In this document: piece after piece, positions 17,644 to 27,764 of the stretch
Numbering within the stretch: position 1 is the stretch's first letter
How the letters are laid out: every line of letters begins with the position of its first letter
Virus record (IMG/VR): IMGVR_UViG_3300042326_001281
Source of the DNA: an uncultured virus (IMG/VR IMGVR_UViG_3300042326_001281)
Lineage: Duplodnaviria; Heunggongvirae; Uroviricota; Caudoviricetes
Reading direction: 5' to 3' (one strand)
DNA: 64,000 nucleotides
The notes under the pieces: generated by a model
The model's input: the letters and a program-made list of their open reading frames with translations, nothing else
Told to the model about the DNA's origin: nothing
Database searches by the model: none
Position numbers and translations under genes: made by a program

Positions 17644-18480
17644 ATGATTAAGTATCTAGGCTCACTTGGCACATTTATTCGTCTTAATGATAGCGATAAT
17701 AAAAACTATAATTTAGTTAGAATTTTTTCTTCTTCTGCTGCCTCAAACTTATTATTTTCTGCAAGTGTCAATAATTTAAACGGATCGGTAAGAATCAGCA
17801 CTGCCTCTACATCTGTATATGTTAATGGAGTATCTGGATCTGTTATCCCAAACCAGAAGTGGTCACACCTTTTATTCTCTTTTGATAATAAACTTTATAC
17901 AAAAGATAGCAATGACTTTTTAATTAGATTTGGTGATACAGCAAGTTCTAATTTTAATATACAAAACTTATATATGCTTGAAGCATCAACATCCCCAGAT
18001 GACGCTGAGTATCTACACTATTCTTTTACAGGGGCGGGTGGCAATGTAATTAGAGTAACCGATACTGCATCTTGCTCAATTAATATAATTGACTATCCTG
18101 AAAACAATTTCATATCAGCATCTTCTAATGTCATCTATCAGCCCCTGAAAGATCAAAAAAGATATCTTACCGATATCACAGCGCTTTCTGAATTAAGCCT
18201 AATCAATTATGTTTCTGCATCAGTCCTATCTGCCGACCTTTTATATGTCGATGGTTTTCAATTATCAGAAGGGGATAAAGTTCTTTCAGTATTAGATGAT
18301 CAGATCTATCAGTTAACAGGATCATCTCAACTTATTACAATTAGTAGTTCTGTTGGAGACTTTATTAAAGTTATTTCTGGCAATCAATTTAAAAATTCAT
18401 TCCTAATAAAAACTAGTGAAGGGTTTATTTTTACTAATGCTAGGCAAAAAATTGACTATATGATGAACGTTTTTAACTAA
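17644..18480 (+). CDS. Virion protein with a LamG-like N-terminal portion
   Basis: VYVNG...WSHLLFSF...IRFG...IQNL pattern; TATAAT lies 6 nt upstream of the ATG. Confidence 0.45.
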   Translation: MIKYLGSLGTFIRLNDSDNKNYNLVRIFSSSAASNLLFSASVNNLNGSVRISTASTSVYVNGVSGSVIPNQKWSHLLFSFDNKLYTKDSNDFLIRFGDTASSNFNIQNLYMLEASTSPDDAEYLHYSFTGAGGNVIRVTDTASCSINIIDYPENNFISASSNVIYQPLKDQKRYLTDITALSELSLINYVSASVLSADLLYVDGFQLSEGDKVLSVLDDQIYQLTGSSQLITISSSVGDFIKVISGNQFKNSFLIKTSEGFIFTNARQKIDYMMNVFN

Positions 18481-18510
18481 AATAACGCTCAGTATGGTAC
18501 TATCTGTTAC

Positions 18511-18834
18511 ATGGGACTACAAGTAGTAAGAGATAAGAGCAATTACGGTATATATGTATGGCTTCTGCCAGAAGGCGGAGTTTTTAAGGATGATGATAAT
18601 AACGTTCTTAATATTCCTTCTGAAAAAGGAGATATCACAAAGATGGCGGAGATTCGTAAAGTCGCCGCTCATTATGGACAGCCAGAAGGACAAGCAGTAT
18701 TCATTCCTGGAATTGGTCGGGTAACAGAAGAAGAATACCAAGAAGACAAGTATAGAATGGAAAATGGCCTTCTATCTTATGGAGATACGGGAGCGTGGAG
18801 AGATGCAGCAAGAGCAAAAAGATCTCTGGATTGA
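18511..18834 (+). CDS. Conserved hypothetical protein upstream of portal
   Basis: Clean ORF; TGGTACTAT lies 7 nt upstream of the ATG. Confidence 0.6.
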   Translation: MGLQVVRDKSNYGIYVWLLPEGGVFKDDDNNVLNIPSEKGDITKMAEIRKVAAHYGQPEGQAVFIPGIGRVTEEEYQEDKYRMENGLLSYGDTGAWRDAARAKRSLD

Positions 18835-20404
18835 TAGTGTTGGCTTAGATAAAGCCATAGGTTCAAGTTCATTTAATGCAAATGAAAAAGATGACTTCAA
18901 TCAGGATGCCGAAAGTATCCTTAACTTAAATGGATTATCACAAAACTTTAAACGTTCTGCTCGTAGAAAAATGAGCAAAGGTTTAGTTACTGCTGGCGGA
19001 GTTATTGTAGAAGCAGAAGACAACATGTATGCTGGTGACGGGGCATCCTCTAAACAAATTATTCCAGACAAGTACGGATATGGACTGTTTGATGTTGTGG
19101 AGCCTTTATACAATCAACATGCATTAGCAAAAATTTATGAACTTTCTGCTCCAAACTATGCAGCAATTAATGCTAAGGTAGCAAATATTGTTGGCCTTGG
19201 ATATGATTTAGTTCCAACTTTAAACGTTATGGAAAAGATAGAATCTATCTCTGATACAGAAGAATTAGGAAGAGTAAGAAGAAATCTTGCTCGTCAAAAG
19301 AGTAGAATTATTGACTGGCTAGAAACAAGAAATGACGATGATACTCTTACGATGACCCTAATGAAAGCGTATATTGACGCTGAAACTACAGGAAATGGAT
19401 ACATTGAAGTTGGTAGAAAAACAACTGGGGAGATTGGTTATATTGGACATATACCCGCTCCAACAATGCGAGTCCGCCGCCTACGCGATGGCTTTGTACA
19501 GATTGTGAGTGGAAAAGCCGTATATTTTCGTAATTTCCAGGGTGAGGAAAAAAATCCTATTACCACTGATCCACGACCAAATGAAATTATTCATATTAAA
19601 AATTACACTCCAACAAACACATACTATGGAGTTCCAGCCATTGTAGCCGCCAAAAATGCTATGGCTGGCAATGAATTTGCCTCAAGATTCAACCTTGAGT
19701 ATTTTGAAAATAAAGCAGTTCCTCGTTATATTTTCTGGCTTAAAGGTGCAAAAATGTCTCGTCAGGCAGAAGAAAGACTATTTGAATTTTTCCAGGGTAG
19801 TCTAAGGGGTCAAAGCCATAGAACTGCTGTTATACCTATCCCAGGAGACACCCCTGATAATAAAGTAGAAATGAAGATGGAGCCCATTGAAACTAATATT
19901 CAGGATTCATCATTTAATAACTATAAGAAGATGAATAAGGATGAAATTCTTATGGCTCATCGCGTGCCTGCATCTAAGGTGGGGGCAGCAGAAGGTATTG
20001 GTCTTGCAGCAGCAAGAGAGGCAGATAGAACATTTAAAGAGCAAGTTTGCCGCCCAGCACAGGATTCTCTAGAAAAGAAAATTAACAAAATTATTGCAGA
20101 AAAAACAGACGCATTCAGATTTGAGTTTAATGAACTTACCCTAACAGATGAAGAAACTCGCTCAAAAATTGATGAACGATATTTGAGGATGCAAGTAATT
20201 GTTCCGAATGAAGTAAGAGAACGTCTTGGAATGTCAACACTTCCTAGTGGCGATACTCCAATTGTTCTAGGCCCACAGCAACGTGCGGAGCAAACTGCAC
20301 AGGCAACGGGTAATAGATTAAGAGATCAAGAGCGGTCGGCTAACCAGTCTGACGCCGCTGAACTTCCAAGAGCAACACAGGGCGATGGGAGACAGCAGAA
20401 TTAA
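18803..20404 (+). CDS. Portal protein (likely start ATG 18803)
   Basis: GNGYIE, NEIIHIK, YYGVP, YFENKAVP, ILMAHRVP and PNEVRERLG motifs; GGAG before 18803. Confidence 0.9.
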   Translation: MQQEQKDLWIDSVGLDKAIGSSSFNANEKDDFNQDAESILNLNGLSQNFKRSARRKMSKGLVTAGGVIVEAEDNMYAGDGASSKQIIPDKYGYGLFDVVEPLYNQHALAKIYELSAPNYAAINAKVANIVGLGYDLVPTLNVMEKIESISDTEELGRVRRNLARQKSRIIDWLETRNDDDTLTMTLMKAYIDAETTGNGYIEVGRKTTGEIGYIGHIPAPTMRVRRLRDGFVQIVSGKAVYFRNFQGEEKNPITTDPRPNEIIHIKNYTPTNTYYGVPAIVAAKNAMAGNEFASRFNLEYFENKAVPRYIFWLKGAKMSRQAEERLFEFFQGSLRGQSHRTAVIPIPGDTPDNKVEMKMEPIETNIQDSSFNNYKKMNKDEILMAHRVPASKVGAAEGIGLAAAREADRTFKEQVCRPAQDSLEKKINKIIAEKTDAFRFEFNELTLTDEETRSKIDERYLRMQVIVPNEVRERLGMSTLPSGDTPIVLGPQQRAEQTAQATGNRLRDQERSANQSDAAELPRATQGDGRQQN

Positions 20405-20434
20405 TAAGATAGAATATAATATAATTTAATTGTT

Positions 20435-22678
20435 ATGATTATTAATAAAGCGCATTTCGATGTAGACGGAGACAGTCTTCGTCTTACAATGCCTATTGCT
20501 AAAGTCGATGAAGAACGTCGAATTGTTAGCGGATTTGCTACATTAGATAATGTAGATCGTCAGGGGGATGTTTTATTAACAGAGGCTTCTCGTAAAGCAT
20601 TTGAAAATTTCCGAGGTAATGTACGTTTAATGCACCAACCAATTCCTGCTGGAAAGATTGTTTCATTTAGAGAGAATACCTTCTATGATAAGCAATCTGG
20701 AAAAATGTACAGCGGCATCTTTGTTGATGCATATATTTCTAAAGGTGCTGAAAACATCTGGCAAATGGTTCTAGACGGTACGCTTACAGGTTTTTCAATT
20801 GGTGGCAGGATTGTAGACTACGAAACAAAAATGGATGACGGTGAAGAACATCCAGGGGTAAGAGTCGTAAAAGAATATGAACTAATGGAACTATCTCTAG
20901 TCGATTCCCCCGCAAATCAATTTGCTAATATTCTTTCTATCCAAAAACTTGGTGATGAAGTTATCACTTCAGGCATCGCTACTGAATTTTCTACTGAAAA
21001 TGTATTCTGGTGCAGCGCAGATAAAATTGCGCTAACTGAAAAATCAGACTCATTCAAATGCCCAGCATGTAATTCAGAAATGATTGAAATTGGCTGGGTA
21101 GAATCATCAGACGTTAATAAAAATCAAGAGATAGGCAAACTTGTTGACGCTCTCATTAAAGCAGAATCTTTAAGTGTAGGGGACTTTGTTTCATGGAATT
21201 CAAGTGGTGGAACGGCTAGAGGTAAAGTAGAGAGAATTGCCCGTTCTGGCTCCATCAATGTCCCCGATTCAGATTTTACTATTAATGCAGAGGAAGGAGA
21301 TGCAGCCGTACTTATTAGGGTTTATCGTAAAGGTGCAGAAGGCTGGGCAGCATCAGATACTCGCGTCGGACATAAAATGAGTACGCTTAGAAGAATCTCC
21401 TCCCTTGATAAAATGCATCATGAAGATATGGAAGATGATGTAGAGGATGATATGGATGATGAGGATGTAAGAAAAGAAACTGTTACTAATGAAGTAACTC
21501 CTAATCGTAATGCTCAACAGGGCCTTCCTAGTGGCATTGCCCGTCCATCTAAAAAGAAAAAGATTAAGTATAAGAAAGAAGCAGGAGATATTGTTTCTGG
21601 AGACTATGTTGCCTTTACAGAAAATGCTAAATTAGTAAAGGGTCGTGTCGATGTATTAGAAAATACTGTGGCGGCAGTAAGAGTGTATAACAATGAGTCA
21701 GACAATAGATTCCGTCCGACAGATACACTAATAACAAAAAATATTTCAGACTTAACAAAAATTAAATTAGCCAGCAAAGTAGTTATTAAATCACTTGCGG
21801 CAGAGGATGAAGATCATCTAAATTCCTTAATTTCTCAGCATAATGAAAAATATGGTAATGTTGCTTTTAAGAGTGTCACATTTGATGCCATTCGTCAAGT
21901 TTTTGAAAGAGGGGTTGCTGCATTTAAAAGCAACCCCATGATGAATAAATCAAATGAGTACTCACCTGAACAATGGGCGTATGCAAGAGTAAATGCTTTC
22001 TTGCAGGCGGTAAGAACAGGGAAATACAAAAATAGACCATATGACACAGATTTGTTGCCAAAGGGTCACCCATTGACAACGGAAAAGTCAGACGAACTAG
22101 AGGAAAACAGTTTGGCTTTACAAAAAAGAGAAGGAGGTGTTGAAATGGCTGAAGATACAACAAGCCATGAAGAACTTGACACCGCCGAGGCTGCAATCGA
22201 GGCTTCTGAAGAAGTTACGTTTGAGGTAGAAGAAACTGTAGAGGACGTAGTTACGGAAGCCCTTGCAATGGCTAAGTCCGATGGTGTTGAGGCTGAAGTT
22301 GCCGAGGACACCACCTCTGACGTTTTCGATATGGAAAAGGCCCTTGGCGAGGTTAAGTCCTTCGTAGAAGAGACAATTACCAAGTCCACTGAAACAAATA
22401 CCGAGTCACTTGACAAGATTTCCAGTGCAGTAGTCGAACTTGCTAAGGCAGTCGATGAAAAAATTGGACAACTACAAGCCAAGTATGAAGAGGTTACAAA
22501 AAGTTTATCCGATCTCAATTCCGCCGCGACTGAAATCGCTACCCGCGTGGAGTCTGTAGAGGAAGAGACGGCTATGAAGAAGTCTGGTGAACTGGAATCC
22601 AGTATCCCAGAGCAACCCGTAATGAAGAAATCATTATGGGGCGGACGCTTCCTCAGTTCCGCAGAATTATTTAACTAA
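20435..22678 (+). CDS. Capsid maturation protease (HK97-like) fused to accessory domains and scaffold
   Basis: GFAT..VDRQGD, MH, GFSIGG and ELSLVDSPAN motifs; CPAC; acidic coiled-coil C-terminus. Confidence 0.85.
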   Translation: MIINKAHFDVDGDSLRLTMPIAKVDEERRIVSGFATLDNVDRQGDVLLTEASRKAFENFRGNVRLMHQPIPAGKIVSFRENTFYDKQSGKMYSGIFVDAYISKGAENIWQMVLDGTLTGFSIGGRIVDYETKMDDGEEHPGVRVVKEYELMELSLVDSPANQFANILSIQKLGDEVITSGIATEFSTENVFWCSADKIALTEKSDSFKCPACNSEMIEIGWVESSDVNKNQEIGKLVDALIKAESLSVGDFVSWNSSGGTARGKVERIARSGSINVPDSDFTINAEEGDAAVLIRVYRKGAEGWAASDTRVGHKMSTLRRISSLDKMHHEDMEDDVEDDMDDEDVRKETVTNEVTPNRNAQQGLPSGIARPSKKKKIKYKKEAGDIVSGDYVAFTENAKLVKGRVDVLENTVAAVRVYNNESDNRFRPTDTLITKNISDLTKIKLASKVVIKSLAAEDEDHLNSLISQHNEKYGNVAFKSVTFDAIRQVFERGVAAFKSNPMMNKSNEYSPEQWAYARVNAFLQAVRTGKYKNRPYDTDLLPKGHPLTTEKSDELEENSLALQKREGGVEMAEDTTSHEELDTAEAAIEASEEVTFEVEETVEDVVTEALAMAKSDGVEAEVAEDTTSDVFDMEKALGEVKSFVEETITKSTETNTESLDKISSAVVELAKAVDEKIGQLQAKYEEVTKSLSDLNSAATEIATRVESVEEETAMKKSGELESSIPEQPVMKKSLWGGRFLSSAELFN
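22145..22678 (+). CDS. Nested in-frame scaffolding protein (internal start)
   Basis: AAGGAGGT at 22131-22138 precedes in-frame ATG 22145; product is acidic and coiled-coil. Confidence 0.6.
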   Translation: MAEDTTSHEELDTAEAAIEASEEVTFEVEETVEDVVTEALAMAKSDGVEAEVAEDTTSDVFDMEKALGEVKSFVEETITKSTETNTESLDKISSAVVELAKAVDEKIGQLQAKYEEVTKSLSDLNSAATEIATRVESVEEETAMKKSGELESSIPEQPVMKKSLWGGRFLSSAELFN

Positions 22679-22710
22679 CTAAAATAAGAAAGAGAGGTGT
22701 AAAGAAAAGC

Positions 22711-23829
22711 ATGAGTGACATTATCAATAAAGCCGCTGCCGCTGTAAACGTTGGTACTGGTGCAATCATCTCAGATCTCGCTTCAAGCGGTGATATGGAG
22801 AACTTGACCAGCAACCCACTAACTCAGAACGGTGGCGTGCTACTTCCAGAACAATCCCGTCAGTTCCTAGACTATGTGTTTGATCAGATGGTCCTAGGCA
22901 ATGACGGTCGTAGACAAGTTATGCGTTCAAACACCGCTGAATTCGATAAGATTCAGGTCGGTACACGTTTGATCCGCAAGGCATCACAAGCAAGTGAGAA
23001 CATCTTTGATGCTGGCGCAGGCACAATCGACTATGCAAACCGTGGTGCTCAATTCACCAAGGTTGAAATCGTCACTACTAAGTTCCGCTTGGACTACGAA
23101 CTCTCAACTGAGGCACTTGAGGATAACATTGAAGGCTCCGCCCTTGAAGATCACATTGTCCGCCTAATGGCTGGTCAATTCGGTAACGATCTTGAAGACA
23201 TTGCCATCAATGGTCTTGCTGCTCAGGGAACTGCATCCTACGCTGGTACGACTTACCCATACACAATTGATGGTTTCGTCAAACTCGCTGACGGTGCTGC
23301 TGGTGGTACCCACTTTGGTACTGCTGCAACTGTTACCACAGCATCCACATTCTTCACTGCAGCAACCACCGCAGGTCAACTGAAGTCAGGTTCTGCAATT
23401 GCCTTCTTTGAGAATCTCTACAACAGCCTTGGTCGTAAGTACAAGGCTCGTCGTGGCGAATTGAAGTTCTATGCTTCAACAAAGAACGTTCAAACCCTTC
23501 TTACGGATCTTCGTCAGATTGGTTCAGGTGGTGTTCCTGAGGATATCGCTTCTGGCATCCTTCGTGGCACTCCCCCTCGCGTAGGTGGTCCCGCTGGTAT
23601 GACAACTTCTATTTACGGTATTCCCGTGATGGAAGTTCCACTATACCCAGATCACTACGTTGATCTCACATTCCCCCAAAACAGAATCTGGGGCTTCCAG
23701 AGAGACGTTACGGTTCACCGTGAGTTCAAGCCAAAGAAAGACACCGTAGAATACACAGTTTACGTCCGCATGGGTCTTAACATTGAAGAACTTTCTGCAA
23801 TGGCTAAGGCTAACGCCGTAACTGGCTAA
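22711..23829 (+). CDS. Major capsid protein (HK97 fold)
   Basis: GGVLLPEQ, LEDNIEG, FGNDLEDIAING, YGIPVMEVP and NRIWGFQRDV motifs; follows protease; strong codon bias; terminator downstream. Confidence 0.9.
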   Translation: MSDIINKAAAAVNVGTGAIISDLASSGDMENLTSNPLTQNGGVLLPEQSRQFLDYVFDQMVLGNDGRRQVMRSNTAEFDKIQVGTRLIRKASQASENIFDAGAGTIDYANRGAQFTKVEIVTTKFRLDYELSTEALEDNIEGSALEDHIVRLMAGQFGNDLEDIAINGLAAQGTASYAGTTYPYTIDGFVKLADGAAGGTHFGTAATVTTASTFFTAATTAGQLKSGSAIAFFENLYNSLGRKYKARRGELKFYASTKNVQTLLTDLRQIGSGGVPEDIASGILRGTPPRVGGPAGMTTSIYGIPVMEVPLYPDHYVDLTFPQNRIWGFQRDVTVHREFKPKKDTVEYTVYVRMGLNIEELSAMAKANAVTG

Positions 23830-23848
23830 TAAAAATTTAATATTGGTT

Positions 23849-23874
23849 AAGGGGCCGAGAAATCGGCCCCTTTT
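23849..23874 (+). terminator. Rho-independent terminator
   Basis: AAGGGGCCGA-GAAA-TCGGCCCCTT followed by TT. Confidence 0.85.
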
Positions 23875-23924
23875 CCATATTCAATGTATAGTAAAATAGA
23901 AATATCTTATATCGGCGGTGCTGA

Positions 23925-24842
23925 ATGATTGAATATCTAAGGTCTGACAATTTACCATTAACGTTATCATATTCTGCTAGCGCCTATGCTGGCAACGTTT
24001 ATTTTGAAGTATATGATTTAGATACAGAGGAATTTATTCAAGGCGGTAAAGGTGTTCCTAGGGCATCCTCCGCATTCTCTATAACGCTTAATGCCGACTC
24101 AACTGCATATGATAGAAATCTAAAAATAGAGTATGTAACAACAAGCGCATCTGGAGCATTTAATGATATCCAATATGTCTCTTTAATTAGACCCTATGCT
24201 TCCATTAATAGAATTGTTGACCTAGCAGAAATAGATGTAACTACTCTAGGATCTGCTTCTGCAAGCAAATTACAAAGATTAGAGCGTAGAGCAAGGTTAA
24301 GCATTAATTCGTACCTTGGCTTTAACTTTTATAAAGAAAAAAGAACAGCAACCGTCTATGGGAATAATACAGATGTTTTGACTTTGCCGTACCCAATATA
24401 TAGAATTGATGCAATATATGAAGATGACATTTTAATTTATCAAAGAGATAGCGAAACAGAACAACTGGAGTTTCCAGTTGAAATTGGACCATCTTCTAAT
24501 AGAATTAAAATAGTAAATTCATCTGAAAAAAATAAAGAAACATTAGAGTTTCCAAAGTTTTCTGTCTTCTACTATGATGGACTTTTCAAAAAAGATTTTT
24601 CTTATAAAATTGATGGAATTTGGGGATGGGAATATATTCCTTCAGAAATAGAAGAGGCTACTGCCCTGCTAGTCAATGATTATTTATGCAATGACTTTAA
24701 TGTAAGAAATAAGAATATTTCACAACTTTCAAATGATTCATATAATATTAAATATAATGCAGATTTCGCAACAGGTATAGGTAATTTATTGGTAGACAAT
24801 CTATTGGCTCCATATAGAGAACCAAGATATATGGTGATTTAA
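23925..24842 (+). CDS. Head-tail adaptor
   Basis: ARLSINSYLG and GWEYIPSEIEEATALL...VDNLLAPY adaptor-like motifs; position after MCP. Confidence 0.65.
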   Translation: MIEYLRSDNLPLTLSYSASAYAGNVYFEVYDLDTEEFIQGGKGVPRASSAFSITLNADSTAYDRNLKIEYVTTSASGAFNDIQYVSLIRPYASINRIVDLAEIDVTTLGSASASKLQRLERRARLSINSYLGFNFYKEKRTATVYGNNTDVLTLPYPIYRIDAIYEDDILIYQRDSETEQLEFPVEIGPSSNRIKIVNSSEKNKETLEFPKFSVFYYDGLFKKDFSYKIDGIWGWEYIPSEIEEATALLVNDYLCNDFNVRNKNISQLSNDSYNIKYNADFATGIGNLLVDNLLAPYREPRYMVI

Positions 24843-25283
24843 ATGAGTGGATGCATACCGTCTACATCATACAACATGAAGGCCGATATCTACAAGCCAA
24901 CCATATCTCAGGATTCTACTGGTGCTGTGGTAAAGTCATGGGCTCTAGAAAAAACAATTAATTGTGTTGCTAGAGGCGTAGTAAGAAAAGGTGTAGGGGA
25001 AAATTCAACAGCAGTAGAAGTTAACAATTATTTAAATATATTACATTCTATGGTTAAAGTAAGAGCCTCAGAAATTATTCCATCAGATAGAAGAGTTGTT
25101 AGAGTAAGAAACTCTCAGGGAATTATTTTTCTTGAAAACCAAGATCCATCTTCAGATGGTGGATTTCAGGGCTCTACCATATTTGAACCTAGAGGAAGCA
25201 CCCCCCTATTAAATTTTGATGGCAGCGTTATTGAATATGAAACAGTGCTAATGCGTCAAGAAATACAAAGGATAGATGTTTAA
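24843..25283 (+). CDS. Head closure/stopper protein
   Basis: Position; QDSTGAVVKSW...INC pattern. Confidence 0.55.
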   Translation: MSGCIPSTSYNMKADIYKPTISQDSTGAVVKSWALEKTINCVARGVVRKGVGENSTAVEVNNYLNILHSMVKVRASEIIPSDRRVVRVRNSQGIIFLENQDPSSDGGFQGSTIFEPRGSTPLLNFDGSVIEYETVLMRQEIQRIDV

Positions 25284-25987
25284 TGGCTAAATTAAAAGCA
25301 TTTAACACTGGTATGTTTTCTGAAAAAGTTTTAGCCTTGTCTAACTATGATAGTACAATGATCACAAACTTATACCAAAATCCAGCAAATAAACAAAAAA
25401 TAACTCGCGGCGCAGCCTTCATAATTAAAAATTATTTTGACCAGTATCTTGATCAGCGTGCTAGACAAACTCCTAGTGCATACCACCATGTTTATGAGTT
25501 TAATAAAACAGGTAAAACAAATTCTCGTTTATTTAAAGGAACAGTGTCTAATGTTGGAGACTCCGCTGTAATAACATATAATTTTACTGTTGCAAAAGAA
25601 CCAAATAGAAATGGATATAACTTCCCAAATAAAGCAGAAGTTATGGAAGAAGGAAAAACTTTAATTATCACTCCAAAAAGAGGAAAATACTTAAAGTATC
25701 AACTAGAAGATGGAAAGTTTGTTACTTCAGAAAAATCTATTGTTGAAAATCCTGGCGGACCAGAAGTAGCAGGCACCTTTGAAGAGACCTTTAATAACTT
25801 TATGAATACAACTGGAAGAACCGTACTTGATAAATTTGGATTCTTTAAGAAGATAGAAAGAACTATGATAGAGAAAAGAAGACTGGCTATACCAAGAATT
25901 AATTCAGGCATGGTTTCAGATGCTATTAGTTCTGCAAAAAGAGATTCAGATCAAATTGCTGGAGGTGTATCAACATACTATGTCTGA
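25283..25987 (+). CDS. Neck/tail-completion protein
   Basis: Position in the neck operon; HHVYE and ENPGG motifs. Confidence 0.45.
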   Translation: MAKLKAFNTGMFSEKVLALSNYDSTMITNLYQNPANKQKITRGAAFIIKNYFDQYLDQRARQTPSAYHHVYEFNKTGKTNSRLFKGTVSNVGDSAVITYNFTVAKEPNRNGYNFPNKAEVMEEGKTLIITPKRGKYLKYQLEDGKFVTSEKSIVENPGGPEVAGTFEETFNNFMNTTGRTVLDKFGFFKKIERTMIEKRRLAIPRINSGMVSDAISSAKRDSDQIAGGVSTYYV

Positions 25988-26489
25988 TCCAAGAGAATTA
26001 GCGGTTGTTCATATAAATAATTATTTATGGGATTTAGCAACAGGAAATGTTGCTGGGCAGCCAGCGGTGGCTAGTGCAGTCTGGGACACATCAATCTATA
26101 CATCAGCGTCTTTAAATTTTAAACCATTCTATCCAGTTAGTGAAAATCTAGCAGTTGACTCATCTAAAATGCCTTACATACTTTATGATTATATTTTTAT
26201 GAGGAAGGCGGGAACGTTCTGGCCTATTCAAAAGGAAGAGGTAGATTATATTATTGTCGGGGATCTGCCACAAATTTTTTATATAAAAAATTATATAGTT
26301 GATGCTCTGGAAAGATTTGACGAGTCTGCCCAGGATGTTAACAGACACCTTTTAAGCGCTCGCCCAACAATTAAATTTAAATATATAACTGTAGACCAGG
26401 ACAGTTATATTGCCGATGAAAAAAGAATTGATAGTTTTAAACCTAAGTTTATTACATGCTTGAAAATATGCTATGAATACACAAAATAA
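25980..26489 (+). CDS. Tail terminator-like protein (likely start ATG 25980)
   Basis: Position before the tail tube; PYILYD motif. Confidence 0.45.
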   Translation: MSDPRELAVVHINNYLWDLATGNVAGQPAVASAVWDTSIYTSASLNFKPFYPVSENLAVDSSKMPYILYDYIFMRKAGTFWPIQKEEVDYIIVGDLPQIFYIKNYIVDALERFDESAQDVNRHLLSARPTIKFKYITVDQDSYIADEKRIDSFKPKFITCLKICYEYTK

Positions 26490-26557
26490 TCTCTAACATG
26501 ATAATATAATTTATGAGGAAGCGCAATATCTTTTCGCTCCAAGGAGGTGAAAATTAA

Positions 26558-27337
26558 ATGGCTAGAGACTTTAATGCAAAAAATATTATCGTTGGTGCTG
26601 CCGTTGTTTATGTCGGTAAAGAAGGTGTCGAAAACAATCTAATTAACGTTGGATCTTCTTCTCAATCCGCACAGAAGCCCTCAAACGTTACTAACGTTTC
26701 TGGCGGCAACTGGTACCATCTTGGCTACACAATGGAGGGTGTCACCCTGAACATTGAACCAACATTCAATGACGTCATGGTTGACCAACTTCTTGACACT
26801 GCTCGCCTATTCAAAACTTCTCAGAGAGTTACTGTTGCAACAAGTCTTACAGAAGCAACTCTAGAAAATCTTTATGTTGCTATTGGTGGTAAGGCTGGCG
26901 GTGAAGGTGACTACCTAACCGCATCTGCTGGCGCATCATTCAATCAGATTGCTAATGCAGATGGTTCTAACACTACTTCATCTGCAACTCCAGGTGTATC
27001 AGTAGGTGGAACAACTGCTTCTGCTCAAACACAGAATGTACTCCATCTTAACGGTGGTGCGTTGGGTGTTTCTCCTGTAGAACGTTCAGTATGTTTCGTT
27101 GGTTCTGCTCCAACTTCAGTTGCAGAATTAGGTTCAGTACCCGCAGGACAATCAACAGGTAGCGCAGAAAGAATTTACATGCTCTACCGCGCAGTTTCTG
27201 TAGAGGCAGTTGGCGTTGGTGTTCGTCGTGACGATTCCACAGTATTCCCAATTAACTTCCGAGTTATGCCTTCAACTTCATACACTGCTCCAGATGGTAA
27301 CGCCGCATATGGTAAGATCATCGACAGAGTTTTCTAA
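26558..27337 (+). CDS. Major tail (tube) protein
   Basis: NIIVGAA, LGYTMEG, VDQLLD and EATLENL motifs; AAGGAGGTG SD; followed by terminator and chaperones. Confidence 0.85.
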   Translation: MARDFNAKNIIVGAAVVYVGKEGVENNLINVGSSSQSAQKPSNVTNVSGGNWYHLGYTMEGVTLNIEPTFNDVMVDQLLDTARLFKTSQRVTVATSLTEATLENLYVAIGGKAGGEGDYLTASAGASFNQIANADGSNTTSSATPGVSVGGTTASAQTQNVLHLNGGALGVSPVERSVCFVGSAPTSVAELGSVPAGQSTGSAERIYMLYRAVSVEAVGVGVRRDDSTVFPINFRVMPSTSYTAPDGNAAYGKIIDRVF

Positions 27338-27354
27338 TAACTAAATAAGTTTTG

Positions 27355-27393
27355 TGATAAAGACGCAGTATTTGCTGCGTCTTTATCATTTTT
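27355..27393 (+). terminator. Rho-independent terminator
   Basis: 14-bp stem TGATAAAGACGCAG / CTGCGTCTTTATCA followed by TTTTT. Confidence 0.85.
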
Positions 27394-27428
27394 AATGTAT
27401 AATATTTCTAAGGAGCGAAAGGAATAAA

Positions 27429-27764
27429 ATGGCAACAAAAGTTTATGAAACTATTGAATTAGAACTTCTTGATGGTCGAACCATTACCGTAAAACCACTT
27501 AATCTAAAGAATCTAAGATTGGTTATGAAAGAATGGCAAAAGGCATCAAATGTAAAGAACGAAGATGAGTTCCTTGACATTCTCATCAAATGTACTTCAA
27601 TTGCTTTCCGTCAGTTCGCGCCAGATCTTGCGGAAACAAAAGAAGAACTTGAAGAAGCAGTAGACCTTCAAACTATGTATAAAATTCTTGAAATTGCTGC
27701 TGATATCAAGTTGAATGACCCAAACCTAGTAGCGACGGCTCAGGAACTCGCTGGGACGATCTAG
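27429..27764 (+). CDS. Tail assembly chaperone (gpG-like)
   Basis: Between tail tube and tape measure; ends over a slippery site. Confidence 0.8.
   Translation: MATKVYETIELELLDGRTITVKPLNLKNLRLVMKEWQKASNVKNEDEFLDILIKCTSIAFRQFAPDLAETKEELEEAVDLQTMYKILEIAADIKLNDPNLVATAQELAGTI
27719..27725 (+). other. Programmed -1 ribosomal frameshift site C-CCA-AAC
   Basis: XXXYYYZ heptamer in correct phase; the -1 frame opens immediately after TGA 27716-27718. Confidence 0.75.
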
